Shown here: positions 29,389 to 39,318 of the stretch, piece by piece
Position numbering within the stretch: the stretch's first letter is position 1
Layout: every line of letters begins with the position of its first letter
Origin: a virus
Reading direction: 5' to 3' (one strand)
IMG/VR virus record: IMGVR_UViG_3300042975_000098
Length of the DNA: 64,000 nt
The notes under the pieces: model-generated
Database searches by the model: none
What the model was told of the DNA's origin: nothing
The model's input: only the letters and a program-made list of their open reading frames with translations
Position numbers and translations under genes: made by a program

Positions 29389-29496
29389 TTCCACGCCAAA
29401 GTCACGATGGGTTCCACGCATAATGTGGATCACCTATAAAGAGTTTTATCATAAGTAATATGTTGGCGCAACGCCGACGGGTAGGTAGGAGAGAAA

Positions 29497-32007
29497 ATGA
29501 CAGTTTCAACAGTTTCGACAATGGAAGCCACGGCCGCGTCAAGTGAAAACTCAGATGATGTCGCACGCCCGCTGGACGAGGACACGATACTCGTCCGGAA
29601 GCGCGATGGACGCATCGTGGATTTCGATGAGTACAACATCTACCATGCAGTGGTCATGGCCCTACGAGAGACGAACACCGAGGTCACCGACGACATCGCA
29701 GCCGACATCAACGACATCGCCACGCAGGTCAAGAAGGCCATCACGGAACGGTACACGCAGCCGGTCCACATCGAGGACATCCAGACGCTCGTGGAGCAGG
29801 GCATCATCGGCAAGGGCTGGTATGACACCGCGAAGCACTACTCGTCATACCGCACCAGCCGCGATATCAAACGCGCGAAGGCGAAGGATGTCAACCATGC
29901 GGTGGAATCGCTAATAAGGAAGGATGAATCTATTGTAAATGAGAACGCGAACAAAGACGCCAACATTTATTCCACGCAAAGGGATCTACTTTCCGGCGCC
30001 ATCTCCAAGGCCGAGGCGCTCAAACTGCTGCCCGCCGACGTCGCCAACGCCCACATGAAGGGCGACATCCATTATCATGACGCGGACTACTCGCCGTTCA
30101 CCGCCATGAGCAACTGCTCGCTGCCCGATTTCGCCGGCATGCTCGCCAACGGGTTCTCGCTCGGCAACGCGCAGATGGACTCGCCGCACAGCATCGAGAC
30201 CGCCGCCACGCAGATCACGCAGATCATGCAGGACGTCGCCAGCAGCCAGTACGGCGGGCAGACGCTCAACCGGGCCGACGAGGTGCTCGCGCGGTACGCC
30301 ATGCTCAACTACGCGAAGAACCTCGACAGCGCCAGCATGGTCATGCCCGACGGCATGGGCGTCGGCACCGCCGCCGGCATCGTCTCCGGGTTCAAGAAGC
30401 GTGAGAACAGCACCCTTCACATCGCCGACAGGCCGGCGATCGTCGACGAACCCGAGGACGGGCTTACGGGCCTCGCGGCGCAGCGTGACCTGTACGCGAA
30501 GATCCTCACGCGCAAGGACATCTATGACGCCATGCAGACCATGGAGTACCAGATCAACTCGAACAGGACGTCATGCGGGCAGACCCCGTTCGTCACCGTC
30601 GGCTTCGGTCTCGGCACCACATGGGCCGCCCGCGAGGTCACGCGATGCATCTTCCTCATCCGCATCGGCGGTCTCGGCAAGGAGCACCGCACCGCCATCT
30701 TCCCCAAGCTCACCTACACCATCAGGCACGGCGTGAACAGCGAGCCCGGCGACCCGAACTACGATCTCAAGCAACTGGCGCTCGAATGCTCCACCAAGCG
30801 CATGTACCCCGACATCCTCTTCTACGACAACATCGTGAAGGTCACCGGCTCATTCAAGGCCCCAATGGGCTGCCGATCCTTCCTGCAGGGCTGGATCAAC
30901 CCGGAGACAGGCGAGGACGAGGAGGAGGGCCGCATGAACCTCGGCGTCGTCACCGTCAACCTTCCGCGAATCGCGCTGGAATCACACGGGGACGTCAGGA
31001 AGTTCTGGAGGAAGCTCAACCAGCGGCTGACGATCGCCCACCATGCGCTCGCGTTCCGCATCAAGCGGTGCCGGGAGGCGCAGCCGATCAACGCGCCCAC
31101 GCTGTGGCAGTACGGCGCGTTCGGACGGCTGGCGCATGACGGCGATGTGGACTCGCTCATGAGGAACTCGCGGTCCACCGTATCACTCGGCTACATCGGT
31201 CTCTACGAGACCACGGCCGCGTTCTACGGGCGCGATTGGGTCAACGACTGGGGCTGGGATGACGATGCGCACGACTTCGCGATCAGCGTCATCAGGCACA
31301 TGGACGAACTGTGCAAGAAGTGGGAGGACGCCGAGGGCTACCATTACTCCGTGTACGGCACGCCGGCGGAATCGCTCACGGACCGTTTCTCCAAGGCCGA
31401 TCGGGTCAAGTTCGGTAGCGTGCCCGGCATCACCGACCACGACTTCTACACGAACTCGTTCCACCGCCCCGTGTGGCTGAGCGGCAACCCGGGCGCCGGC
31501 GAGCCGTCAGCGTCCGTCCGCGAAGTGATGGCGCGCCCGCGATGGCACGCGGCCGAGGACGGCGGCGCGTTCTCGAAGCTCGACTTCGAGCAGCCGTTCC
31601 TCAAGTACACGGCCGGCGGGCACATCGTGTACGTGGAATACCCGTCGCTCCAACAGAACCCGAAGGCGCTCGAAGCGGTGTGGGACTATGCGTACTCCAT
31701 CGGCATCGATTACCTCGGCTCGAACTCGCCCATCGACCATTGCTTCAAGTGCGGGTACGAGGGTGATTTCAAGCCGACCGAGGATGGCTATGAGTGCCCG
31801 ACGTGCGGGAACCACGACCCGTTGAAATGCGATGTTACTAAGCGCACATGCGGGTACCTAGGTAACCCGGTCCAGCGTCCCATGATTCATGGTCGGCATG
31901 AGGAACTGATTCATCGTCGCAAGGAGATGCAAGGCGAGACCGGTAAGATATCCCTGAAAAACGGCGGTACCAAAGAGTTCTACGATGATCGCGCAGTGAA
32001 TATGTGA
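29497..32007 (+). CDS. nrdD: Anaerobic (class III) ribonucleoside-triphosphate reductase
   Basis: ATP cone VRKRDG, ENANKD, HxxGDIHYHD, NC, MGCRS, TPAESL, YTNSFH, CxxC..CxxC, RTCGYLG glycyl-radical motif. Confidence 0.97.
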   Translation: MTVSTVSTMEATAASSENSDDVARPLDEDTILVRKRDGRIVDFDEYNIYHAVVMALRETNTEVTDDIAADINDIATQVKKAITERYTQPVHIEDIQTLVEQGIIGKGWYDTAKHYSSYRTSRDIKRAKAKDVNHAVESLIRKDESIVNENANKDANIYSTQRDLLSGAISKAEALKLLPADVANAHMKGDIHYHDADYSPFTAMSNCSLPDFAGMLANGFSLGNAQMDSPHSIETAATQITQIMQDVASSQYGGQTLNRADEVLARYAMLNYAKNLDSASMVMPDGMGVGTAAGIVSGFKKRENSTLHIADRPAIVDEPEDGLTGLAAQRDLYAKILTRKDIYDAMQTMEYQINSNRTSCGQTPFVTVGFGLGTTWAAREVTRCIFLIRIGGLGKEHRTAIFPKLTYTIRHGVNSEPGDPNYDLKQLALECSTKRMYPDILFYDNIVKVTGSFKAPMGCRSFLQGWINPETGEDEEEGRMNLGVVTVNLPRIALESHGDVRKFWRKLNQRLTIAHHALAFRIKRCREAQPINAPTLWQYGAFGRLAHDGDVDSLMRNSRSTVSLGYIGLYETTAAFYGRDWVNDWGWDDDAHDFAISVIRHMDELCKKWEDAEGYHYSVYGTPAESLTDRFSKADRVKFGSVPGITDHDFYTNSFHRPVWLSGNPGAGEPSASVREVMARPRWHAAEDGGAFSKLDFEQPFLKYTAGGHIVYVEYPSLQQNPKALEAVWDYAYSIGIDYLGSNSPIDHCFKCGYEGDFKPTEDGYECPTCGNHDPLKCDVTKRTCGYLGNPVQRPMIHGRHEELIHRRKEMQGETGKISLKNGGTKEFYDDRAVNM

Positions 32008-32022
32008 CGCATCGACTCCATG

Positions 32023-32069
32023 GCGCGGGCGGGGAACCATTCACACTGGTTTCCCGCCCGCGCTTTTTT
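32023..32069 (+). terminator. Rho-independent terminator of nrdD
   Basis: GCGCGGGCGGGGAACCA..TGGTTTCCCGCCCGCGC + T6. Confidence 0.85.
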
Positions 32070-32138
32070 GTCTTCCTTCGCATACGCGCTTAGTAACGTC
32101 GTATGTTGTTTTATGGTATCATGGAGACATGAAAATAC

Positions 32139-33917
32139 ATGATGTGCTGGCGAACGCCATCGAACAGGGAATCGGCGAGCGCGCGGCGGCAAGAGCAAAC
32201 GACATCCCTCTACATGAACTCCGACGCGAGGAATCGAGGACTGGCGATCATCTCCGCGGATTCCCGAAAAGCACTGCGACTCATCCCCTATGAGCAGCTT
32301 CTTCATATGCTCACGGTCGATCAGACCCCTATGGCGGGGATATCGGACGAACTGCAGGTATCGCGTTCGATGGTGGGATCGGCCATCAAGTTCTACCGAA
32401 TCGATATAAGCCCGGAGACCAAGGCGGTGATGAGGAGGAAGGCGTATGACATAGCGCGGAGCAAGTATCGCGCCATGTGCGCCGATCCCGTGAGAGGCAA
32501 GAAGATTCGAGAGAAGACCAAGGCCACGAACATGCGCAAGTACGGCGTGGAATCCCCAACCCAATCTCCTGACGTCAAGGCACGGATTAACAAGACGCTG
32601 CGAAGGAAATACGGGAAGGGCGGGAGTCCGTTCGCCAACAAGTCGGTGCGCGACAAGGCGACGAAGACCATGATTGAACGTTACGGCGTTGACATCTCAT
32701 GGAAATCGGAAGAAGTCAAAGCGAAGATACGCCGAACTAACATACAACGCTACGGCGATGCAGTCGCCACGCGTTCGCCTGCGGTGAAGAACAAGTCCAT
32801 GAACACCAACATGGAACGGTACGGCGTGAAATGGAATACCGTGTCGCCTGAGGCTAGGGCGAAAGCCAAGGCATCGTACATGCGCCATTACGGCGTGGAT
32901 AACCCGTCGAAATCACCGGAAGTCCTTAACAAGATCGCCAAATCCATGAACAGGGGCGAATCAGCCAACGAGAAGATGGTCGCCGACCTTCTCGATTCCA
33001 TTGGGGTGGCTTACAGGGTGAACGACCATGGCATGATTGGTCAGGAACTCGATTTCGTCATCCCCTCCGCGAAACTTGCGATAGAAGTATCACCATGTTT
33101 CACTCATCATAGCAATGAATCACAGGTTCTCACCATCAAGCCCAAGAAGAGATCCTACCATAAGCATAAGCATGATATGGTCGAACAGCTTGGTTACGAA
33201 CTCATCACGCTGACGGATTCGCATATGACGAGGGACCGGTGGCGCGACCTGACCGCACCGTTCCTCACGCTGAAGACAACGGGAAGAGCCGAACATGTCA
33301 TGTACGGTCGTAACGTCACGATATCACACGAGACCACGAGAAGCGGAAGACGCGAATGCGGATCGTTCATAGACAAGTATCACTTCAGCGGCAACACGCC
33401 GGCGAGCGATTATTTCTCGGTGCGCGATGCTGGCGGGGCGATGGTCGGCGCGTTCTCCCTACGGAAGCCGAGGAAGTCAACAGGCGGCGTCATCGAACTC
33501 GCCAGACTCGTATGGCGCAATGACGTACAGGTAAGGTACGGTCTGTCAAAAATCGTCCACACGATAGCAAGAACCATACCCGCCAACACTCTGCTATCCT
33601 ACTCGGATAACTCCATGGGCAACGGCTACTCGTACATGAGGGCCGGCTTCGCATATCAGGGCGACACGGAGCCCGGTCTCCACTTCGTGAACCCGCATGA
33701 CCCGATGGACAACTACTCGTGGCAGGTGGCGACGCCATGGGGAGCCAAGAGCGGCATCATAGCAAGACTGATACGCCCCATGGAGATCACGAAGAAAGAA
33801 GCGAAGATCATCGTGGAGAAAGACCTCCCCCATAGAAGCGATGACGGTAAGGGATACTTCGCCTATTATGACACCGGCAGTAAAAGATGGGAATATGATC
33901 TTCGCTCCCTACGGTGA
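32139..33917 (+). CDS. Free-standing putative homing endonuclease: YG-repeat DNA-binding region + PD-(D/E)xK + GNAT/Mom-like domain
   Basis: Six T..(E/R)(R/K)YG repeats; S.NE, ELDFVIP..LAIEV; ELARL, YSD...G.G.SY..AGF, YDTG.KRW; lies between nrdD and nrdG. Confidence 0.75.
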   Translation: MMCWRTPSNRESASARRQEQTTSLYMNSDARNRGLAIISADSRKALRLIPYEQLLHMLTVDQTPMAGISDELQVSRSMVGSAIKFYRIDISPETKAVMRRKAYDIARSKYRAMCADPVRGKKIREKTKATNMRKYGVESPTQSPDVKARINKTLRRKYGKGGSPFANKSVRDKATKTMIERYGVDISWKSEEVKAKIRRTNIQRYGDAVATRSPAVKNKSMNTNMERYGVKWNTVSPEARAKAKASYMRHYGVDNPSKSPEVLNKIAKSMNRGESANEKMVADLLDSIGVAYRVNDHGMIGQELDFVIPSAKLAIEVSPCFTHHSNESQVLTIKPKKRSYHKHKHDMVEQLGYELITLTDSHMTRDRWRDLTAPFLTLKTTGRAEHVMYGRNVTISHETTRSGRRECGSFIDKYHFSGNTPASDYFSVRDAGGAMVGAFSLRKPRKSTGGVIELARLVWRNDVQVRYGLSKIVHTIARTIPANTLLSYSDNSMGNGYSYMRAGFAYQGDTEPGLHFVNPHDPMDNYSWQVATPWGAKSGIIARLIRPMEITKKEAKIIVEKDLPHRSDDGKGYFAYYDTGSKRWEYDLRSLR

Positions 33918-34003
33918 CCGCTGATACCCCCTGACCGCAACCGCCTGTGGACCCGCGCATCCCGTTGATATTAGTGCTTCACCAAACGATTCTGGAGGAC
34001 CAA

Positions 34004-34432
34004 ATGGCTGATGAACTGAAGAACGACACTGTGAAGACCGAGACCGAGACCGTCGCGCCGGACGGGGACGCCGCGGAAACGGCGACGCCGGCCGCTGGCG
34101 ATGCGGGTCTCGCCGAACGGCTGGACACGCTGGAGCGCGAGTCCACGACGAAGACGAGCTGGCTTCGCTCCGTGCTCGTGATGGCGGCCTCCGTCCTGCT
34201 GGTGGTGCCCATTCCCGTCACCTACCTCACCGTGAAGGTGCTGCTGTTCGTGGCGTTGATCTACGGTTCGGTGTTCTCGTTGAAGAACGATTGGGTCGAC
34301 AAGGAGACCGGCAAGCTGTCCCGCGGCGCGTGGACGCTGAGCGTGGTGTCATCGATCACCGTGGTGCTCTGCGTGACGTTCCTGTTCACGAAGGTCGCGT
34401 GGATGCTGCAGGCGCTGGCCCTGCTTCGCTGA
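34004..34432 (+). CDS. Membrane protein
   Basis: SD GGAGG; three hydrophobic segments. Confidence 0.65.
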   Translation: MADELKNDTVKTETETVAPDGDAAETATPAAGDAGLAERLDTLERESTTKTSWLRSVLVMAASVLLVVPIPVTYLTVKVLLFVALIYGSVFSLKNDWVDKETGKLSRGAWTLSVVSSITVVLCVTFLFTKVAWMLQALALLR

Positions 34433-34527
34433 CCCCGGCAAGGTAGGCACGACGGGCGCCCCGTTCGACATGACGTCGGCGGGGCGTTCGCGACCGCGGG
34501 CGGCGGCGGCGACGCGCGCACGCGACG

Positions 34528-35289
34528 ATGAGTGGAATCGATGAGCCATGTGAGGATTGGTTCGGGAATGGGGATGTTGCGGTGAGTGATGGGTTCAGGC
34601 ATGTGTCAAGACGTGACTACGCCGCCGGCGAGAGCGGTCGCGGGCCATCGGTGCCGTACGCCGGCGCGAACAACCCGAGGGCGGGGCAGTGGGACGGGCG
34701 GCGCATGAGCAGGAGCATGGTGGCCGATTACAAGCCGTTCGTGGTCACGGACGGCGAGGGGATGCGATGCTCGATCTATGTGAGTGGGTGCTCGTTCGCC
34801 TGTCTTCACTGCTTCAACGAGTCGATATGGGATTACCGGGCCGGCAGACCATATGATGACGATCTCGAGGAGCGGATCATGCGTGACCTGTCGATACGCC
34901 AGGTCGCCGGGCTCACCCTGCTGGGCGGCGAGCCGTTCCTGAACACGCCGATGCTCCTGCGGCTGTGCCATAGGGTGCGCGAGGAGTTCGGCCATGACAA
35001 GACGATATGGTCGTGGACCGGGTACGCGTTCGAGGAGCTCATGCGCCCCGGTGAGACGCCGGATAAGCGCGCGCTGCTCGATTACGTTGACGTCCTCGTC
35101 GACGGTCGCTTCGTGGACGCGTTGAAGGACCCGTCCCTCCAGTTCCGCGGCTCGGGCAACCAGCGTATCCTCGACATGCCGGCGTCGTTGGCGGCCGGCC
35201 GCCCGGTGCCGTGGTCGCGTCTTCATGACGGTGCGCCGGTGAGATACATGCATGGTGATGACCGGACGGCGGCGGAGGGCGGCGACTGA
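34528..35289 (+). CDS. nrdG: Anaerobic RNR activating radical-SAM enzyme (true start possibly GTG 34603)
   Basis: DGEG.R.S.YVSGC...C..CFN, LLGGEP, WSWTGY, DVLVDGRF, FRGS.NQR. Confidence 0.95.
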   Translation: MSGIDEPCEDWFGNGDVAVSDGFRHVSRRDYAAGESGRGPSVPYAGANNPRAGQWDGRRMSRSMVADYKPFVVTDGEGMRCSIYVSGCSFACLHCFNESIWDYRAGRPYDDDLEERIMRDLSIRQVAGLTLLGGEPFLNTPMLLRLCHRVREEFGHDKTIWSWTGYAFEELMRPGETPDKRALLDYVDVLVDGRFVDALKDPSLQFRGSGNQRILDMPASLAAGRPVPWSRLHDGAPVRYMHGDDRTAAEGGD

Positions 35290-35333
35290 CGTTCGCGGGC
35301 GAATCGTAGGCGAACTCGGCGGCGGCTCCATGA

Positions 35334-35382
35334 GACTCGGCGACCCGCAGGTCATTACGTATGATCTGCGGGCCGCCGAGTC
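35334..35382. terminator. Hairpin between convergent genes
   Basis: GACTCGGCGACCCGCAGGTCAT..ATGATCTGCGGGCCGCCGAGTC. Confidence 0.6.
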
Positions 35383-35472
35383 ATCTCCGATGCTGGACGG
35401 CTACATGTCCGGCCAGACCGTCGGGCGAACGCCAACGGGGGCGGGGCGAGAACCGGGACGAGGGGGCGGGGT

Positions 35473-36912
35473 TCAGAAGCTCCCTCCGAACCCGCCCCCT
35501 GATGAGGACCCGCCGTCGAAGCCGCCCGAGAACGATGAAATGGATGATGACCCGTAATCATAATTGTCCGATGACGAGGAGGCTGACGAGTACGATGGCG
35601 AACTGTGCGGGGTGTTCGCAGCGATGCTGTAGTCCGATTGGTTCGACTGGTACATGAGCCACATCCACATCCACATGCTCGTGTTGTTAAGCGCGACATC
35701 GCCGTTCAGCGATCTCGATTCCGCATTTTCGATGAACCTGTTCTTATCGAAATCGGGGTCGTTCACGACCTTCGGGTGCTTCGCCGCGAACTCGTCATAC
35801 GCCTTGGACACCTTGCTCTTGTTGTCCTCGATGCGATCGAGCGCGTTATCCACGTCCCTGTTGACGGTTCCCATGGCGATGGCGCCGCCAAGCCACCATC
35901 GGCTCGTGTCGCACAGGCCGATGGCCTGCTCGATGTCATCAGAGGATACCGAGCGGCTCTTTGAAAGCTGATCGGGAAGCACGTACTTTATGTAGTATTC
36001 GTGGGCGTTCTTCTCGAAATCATCGTCGCCGGGCTTCGACTCATCGTTGACGAGGCGACGGCATATGTCATCGAGGCCCTCCGAAGGCACCGTCGACTCG
36101 TCCATGCCGATGGCGGACAGCCCGTCCATGATCGATTTCCTCCGCGCTCTTGATATCGCCATGGAGATGCCGTACACCATGGCCGCGATGACAATCGAGC
36201 CGACAGTGGCGGTGCCGAGATACATGAACAGTTTCTCGACGTCCTCGGCGCTCATGGGTGTGCCCTCGCCATCGTCCGATGACGAGGAGTCGGCCTCCGA
36301 CTGCGGGGTCGCGGGCATGGCCGCCCCGGTCTGCGCCGCCGTGATGCGCGCGTCGGTCATGGCCATCATCGTGCGCGCCGCGGCATCCCAGTTAGCGGCC
36401 CTGAGCAGGTCGATGACCTGCGAGCCGGTGATGTAATCGCTGGCGAGCGCCGACCGCAGCCGGCCGGTGACGCCATCGCCGACGCCGATCGCGTACTTGC
36501 GCGCGTTGGGCATGATCAGCAGCATGACGCCGCGGTTGCCGTTCTCCTTGGAGCCCACGCCAAGCTGGTTGAACAGCTGCGTCCTGTAGGTGTTGATGTC
36601 CTCGCCGGCCGGCAGCATGTTCGGGCGCGTCACGATGACCATCGTCACCGGCTGCGAGTACCCGGCGTACTTCACGTTCAGCCCGGCGAGCATGGACTTC
36701 GTGTTCGACGTGAGCACGTGCGACTCGTCGCTTACGTACTTCTCCGGGTCGATGTCCCCGGATGATTGGGAAGGTGCGGGGGATTCGGTCGTGGCCGACG
36801 ATGACGGCGTGGTTGCCGGGGCGGTCTCGTCCGCCATGGCCGGGGTCGAGATGCCGAGGAGCGTCAGCGCGACCGCGATGGCGGCGGTCATTCGTTTCAT
36901 GATGGTGTTCAT
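35473..36912 (-). CDS. TPM-domain membrane protein
   Basis: Signal peptide, V.D...VL, F...GVG....NRGV.LLI, TM, Gly/Ser tail GGFDGGSSSGGGFGGSF. Confidence 0.85.
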   Translation of the reverse strand: MNTIMKRMTAAIAVALTLLGISTPAMADETAPATTPSSSATTESPAPSQSSGDIDPEKYVSDESHVLTSNTKSMLAGLNVKYAGYSQPVTMVIVTRPNMLPAGEDINTYRTQLFNQLGVGSKENGNRGVMLLIMPNARKYAIGVGDGVTGRLRSALASDYITGSQVIDLLRAANWDAAARTMMAMTDARITAAQTGAAMPATPQSEADSSSSDDGEGTPMSAEDVEKLFMYLGTATVGSIVIAAMVYGISMAISRARRKSIMDGLSAIGMDESTVPSEGLDDICRRLVNDESKPGDDDFEKNAHEYYIKYVLPDQLSKSRSVSSDDIEQAIGLCDTSRWWLGGAIAMGTVNRDVDNALDRIEDNKSKVSKAYDEFAAKHPKVVNDPDFDKNRFIENAESRSLNGDVALNNTSMWMWMWLMYQSNQSDYSIAANTPHSSPSYSSASSSSDNYDYGSSSISSFSGGFDGGSSSGGGFGGSF

Positions 36913-37243
36913 GCGTTGATTGTACCGGTCCGCGAGAAAGGGCGACGGAAGCCGACGATAACAACATGATTTCCGTCAGACGCATTTTAACGGGTCATAG
37001 AGAGCCTATCACGTAAAAAATGTATGATGAGTCGTATTCGTCACGTAAGGACGCTGGCGGTGCCTTTACGTGACGCTGGCGGCATTGCGTGCGATCGTGC
37101 TCGTTCATGTCATCGAGAGAAAAGCCGGCATGGTTGCTCACGGACATCGCTGCCGATCACCGTGATTGCGGGATGACACAGCGAACCGTCTCATCACCAT
37201 GACCGGTCATACGATGATGATGAAAAAGCTACGACCCAACCCC

Positions 37244-37434
37244 CTCAAATCGTGTTAAAGGTGGGAGCTATCAGGTATACGGACGACAGTCCGAGCAGCC
37301 AACGCCAACGCCAACACGGGAAACCACGCCCCCGCGATACGGAGAAAGTGGTCCAGCCGCGGTCAGCATGGTCCACGTCAAAAGCCACACCCTACCCGCT
37401 CAAATCGTGTTAAAGGAGGGAGCTATCAGGTATA
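37244..37434 (+). repeat. Two copies of a 36-bp repeat (37244..37279, 37399..37434)
   Basis: CTCAAATCGTGTTAAAGGWGGGAGCTATCAGGTATA. Confidence 0.95.
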
Positions 37435-37577
37435 GCGGCGCTAGCCCGCGAATGACCCGGCCACCCAGCGGCACGACCCACGCGGGCAGCACCACTGTGA
37501 ACGATTTGCGATGATAACCCAGTAGCAGGGCCACACCCATAGCCGCGGGCTATCATGGCAATAGGTACAAGGAGACA

Positions 37578-37841
37578 ATGATGAGAATGATCAGCACCAT
37601 GGTCGATAACATGAACGACAACGCACGCACGTATGAGGCGCTTGAAGCCATGTCAAGGGAACTTCACGAGGTGGAACCCGATGGATTCGCGGGCAGGCTG
37701 ACGGCCGAGGGCATGGAATCCCAGCTTTTCTACTACCGTGAGCACGTTCTCGTGGAGTACTCACGGCTTATACTGAACGGCGACGCCAAGACGTATCGCA
37801 CCATGGATGACGTGGAACGGGCGTTGTCGTTCGAGCGCTGA
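37578..37841 (+). CDS. Hypothetical protein
   Basis: SD AAGGAG. Confidence 0.6.
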   Translation: MMRMISTMVDNMNDNARTYEALEAMSRELHEVEPDGFAGRLTAEGMESQLFYYREHVLVEYSRLILNGDAKTYRTMDDVERALSFER

Positions 37842-37845
37842 CAGT

Positions 37846-38772
37846 TCACGCCACGCGGGACCACGCCTCGCCGAACCTCGACGGCAACGAATCGACGACG
37901 ACCCCGCGCCCGTCCATGCGCACGTAATCGCCGGGCTCGACATCACCCCACACGGCGGTCTGCGTGTCCACGGCGTTCTTCACGGCGTCCAGCAGCGCCA
38001 CCGGACGGCCCGACCCCGAATCCACGGCCCTCACGAACAGCACGCGATCGCTGTCGGCCATGAACCGGGCGAACCGCCGGGCGCGATGAACATCCACCGC
38101 GTACGCCAGCGCCGACTGGCCGATGACGATCGGCACCGCAATGAGTCCAATGCCGGCGTACCCGGTGGACAACCATGACGCGACGAGCACGGCAATCACA
38201 CCAAGCGCGGTGCCGGCCAGCCGTCCACGCCATGAGGCGAGCACCCACCACACCAGCCACACGCCGAGGGCGATCGCCGACAGGGATAAGCCCGCGGCGA
38301 CGGCGACGCCGGGAATCATGCCGATGATGCCGGCGGGGATCGGCGAACGCGAGCGCGCGGCGAACGGCACGCCGATCATGCCGAACGCCAGCAGGACCGC
38401 CAATGCGGTCAATCGCCGACGATCGTAACCGATGACGGCGGTCGGGGGTTCGACGTCATCGATGCTCGCGGCGGCGGCATCACCGGCGGCATCATCCGGG
38501 ACCGGGCCATCGTCATCGGCTTCGGCATGATGATCGTCGGTCGAATCGTTGTGCCCGGCGCTACCGTCAAGCGAGCGATCGTACTCGGCGCGGGCGGACG
38601 GGTCGCTCAACGTGGACTTGATCTGGTTGAGGTACTTCGCCAGCGCCTCGCCGGCCTTCCCGTTCACATCGGGGTGGGCGCGTCTCATGGCCCGCAGGTA
38701 CGCATGGTCGATGGCGTCCTCATCCGCGTCGCGTTCGACGCCCAGCATCTCGTAGTAGTTGAGTTCCGGCAT
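37846..38772 (-). CDS. J-domain (DnaJ-like) membrane protein
   Basis: NYYEMLGV..A....I..AY.....HPD...L.DP..RA.YD; central TMs. Confidence 0.88.
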   Translation of the reverse strand: MPELNYYEMLGVERDADEDAIDHAYLRAMRRAHPDVNGKAGEALAKYLNQIKSTLSDPSARAEYDRSLDGSAGHNDSTDDHHAEADDDGPVPDDAAGDAAAASIDDVEPPTAVIGYDRRRLTALAVLLAFGMIGVPFAARSRSPIPAGIIGMIPGVAVAAGLSLSAIALGVWLVWWVLASWRGRLAGTALGVIAVLVASWLSTGYAGIGLIAVPIVIGQSALAYAVDVHRARRFARFMADSDRVLFVRAVDSGSGRPVALLDAVKNAVDTQTAVWGDVEPGDYVRMDGRGVVVDSLPSRFGEAWSRVA

Positions 38773-38781
38773 GACGCCTCC

Positions 38782-38937
38782 CTAGAGAATGATGACGACC
38801 GCTATGGCTATGGACAGGATAAGCAGGGCCGCCGTGGCGCCGATGAACCACAAGCCGAACAGGAGCTGGAACGCGAACCAGAGCACGGCGCCGAGGGCGA
38901 TCGCCCCGAGCATCAGCAGGATGAACAGCAAGAACAT
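38782..38937 (-). CDS. Small hydrophobic protein (51 aa)
   Basis: MFLLFILLMLGAIALGAVLW...; fills the operon gap. Confidence 0.5.
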   Translation of the reverse strand: MFLLFILLMLGAIALGAVLWFAFQLLFGLWFIGATAALLILSIAIAVVIIL

Positions 38938-38952
38938 GGTGAACGCCCGTCC

Positions 38953-39303
38953 CTATATGGTGGCCGGCCGTGTGCCGGTCGTTATCGAATGCCCCACGGC
39001 GGAATCGTACACGGTGACTCCGCCAGGCGACCTCAGCGTGATCACGTACCGTCCGCGATGCCGCGCGATCTCCGCCCGGTTCAGGCCGTCGGCCTTGAAG
39101 CACGTTCCGCCGTCCGCGGTCGTCACCGCCCCGTGGCATACGGAACGCCCCGCGCGCATGTCGTCGTTGGCCGCGACCACCAGCGTGTGCATGAACGAAT
39201 CGGCGTTCTCGTTCAACGCCGCCGCCTTGGCGCCGATGCCGAGCGCGGTGCCGTACGCGAGCATGATGGCGATGATGGCGTAGGCGACGATTGCTTTCCT
39301 CAT
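38953..39303 (-). CDS. Small secreted/pilin-like protein
   Basis: N-terminal hydrophobic helix, Cys pair; preceded by CGATATT-N8-ATG. Confidence 0.55.
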   Translation of the reverse strand: MRKAIVAYAIIAIMLAYGTALGIGAKAAALNENADSFMHTLVVAANDDMRAGRSVCHGAVTTADGGTCFKADGLNRAEIARHRGRYVITLRSPGGVTVYDSAVGHSITTGTRPATI

Positions 39304-39311
39304 ATTACGTC

Positions 39312-39318
39312 AATATCG
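39312..39318 (-). promoter_or_regulatory. YGATATT motif 8 nt upstream of the ATG (minus strand)
   Basis: CGATATT-gacgtaat-ATG. Confidence 0.55.

Noticed and set aside
27389-29496. Group I intron in nrdD carrying the endonuclease
   Set aside because: Too little non-coding sequence for a ribozyme core, and downstream nrdD has its own SD/ATG and duplicates the upstream peptide
37244-37434. XerCD dif site
   Set aside because: TCGTGTTAAAG resembles a XerD arm, but no XerC arm lies at 6-bp spacing
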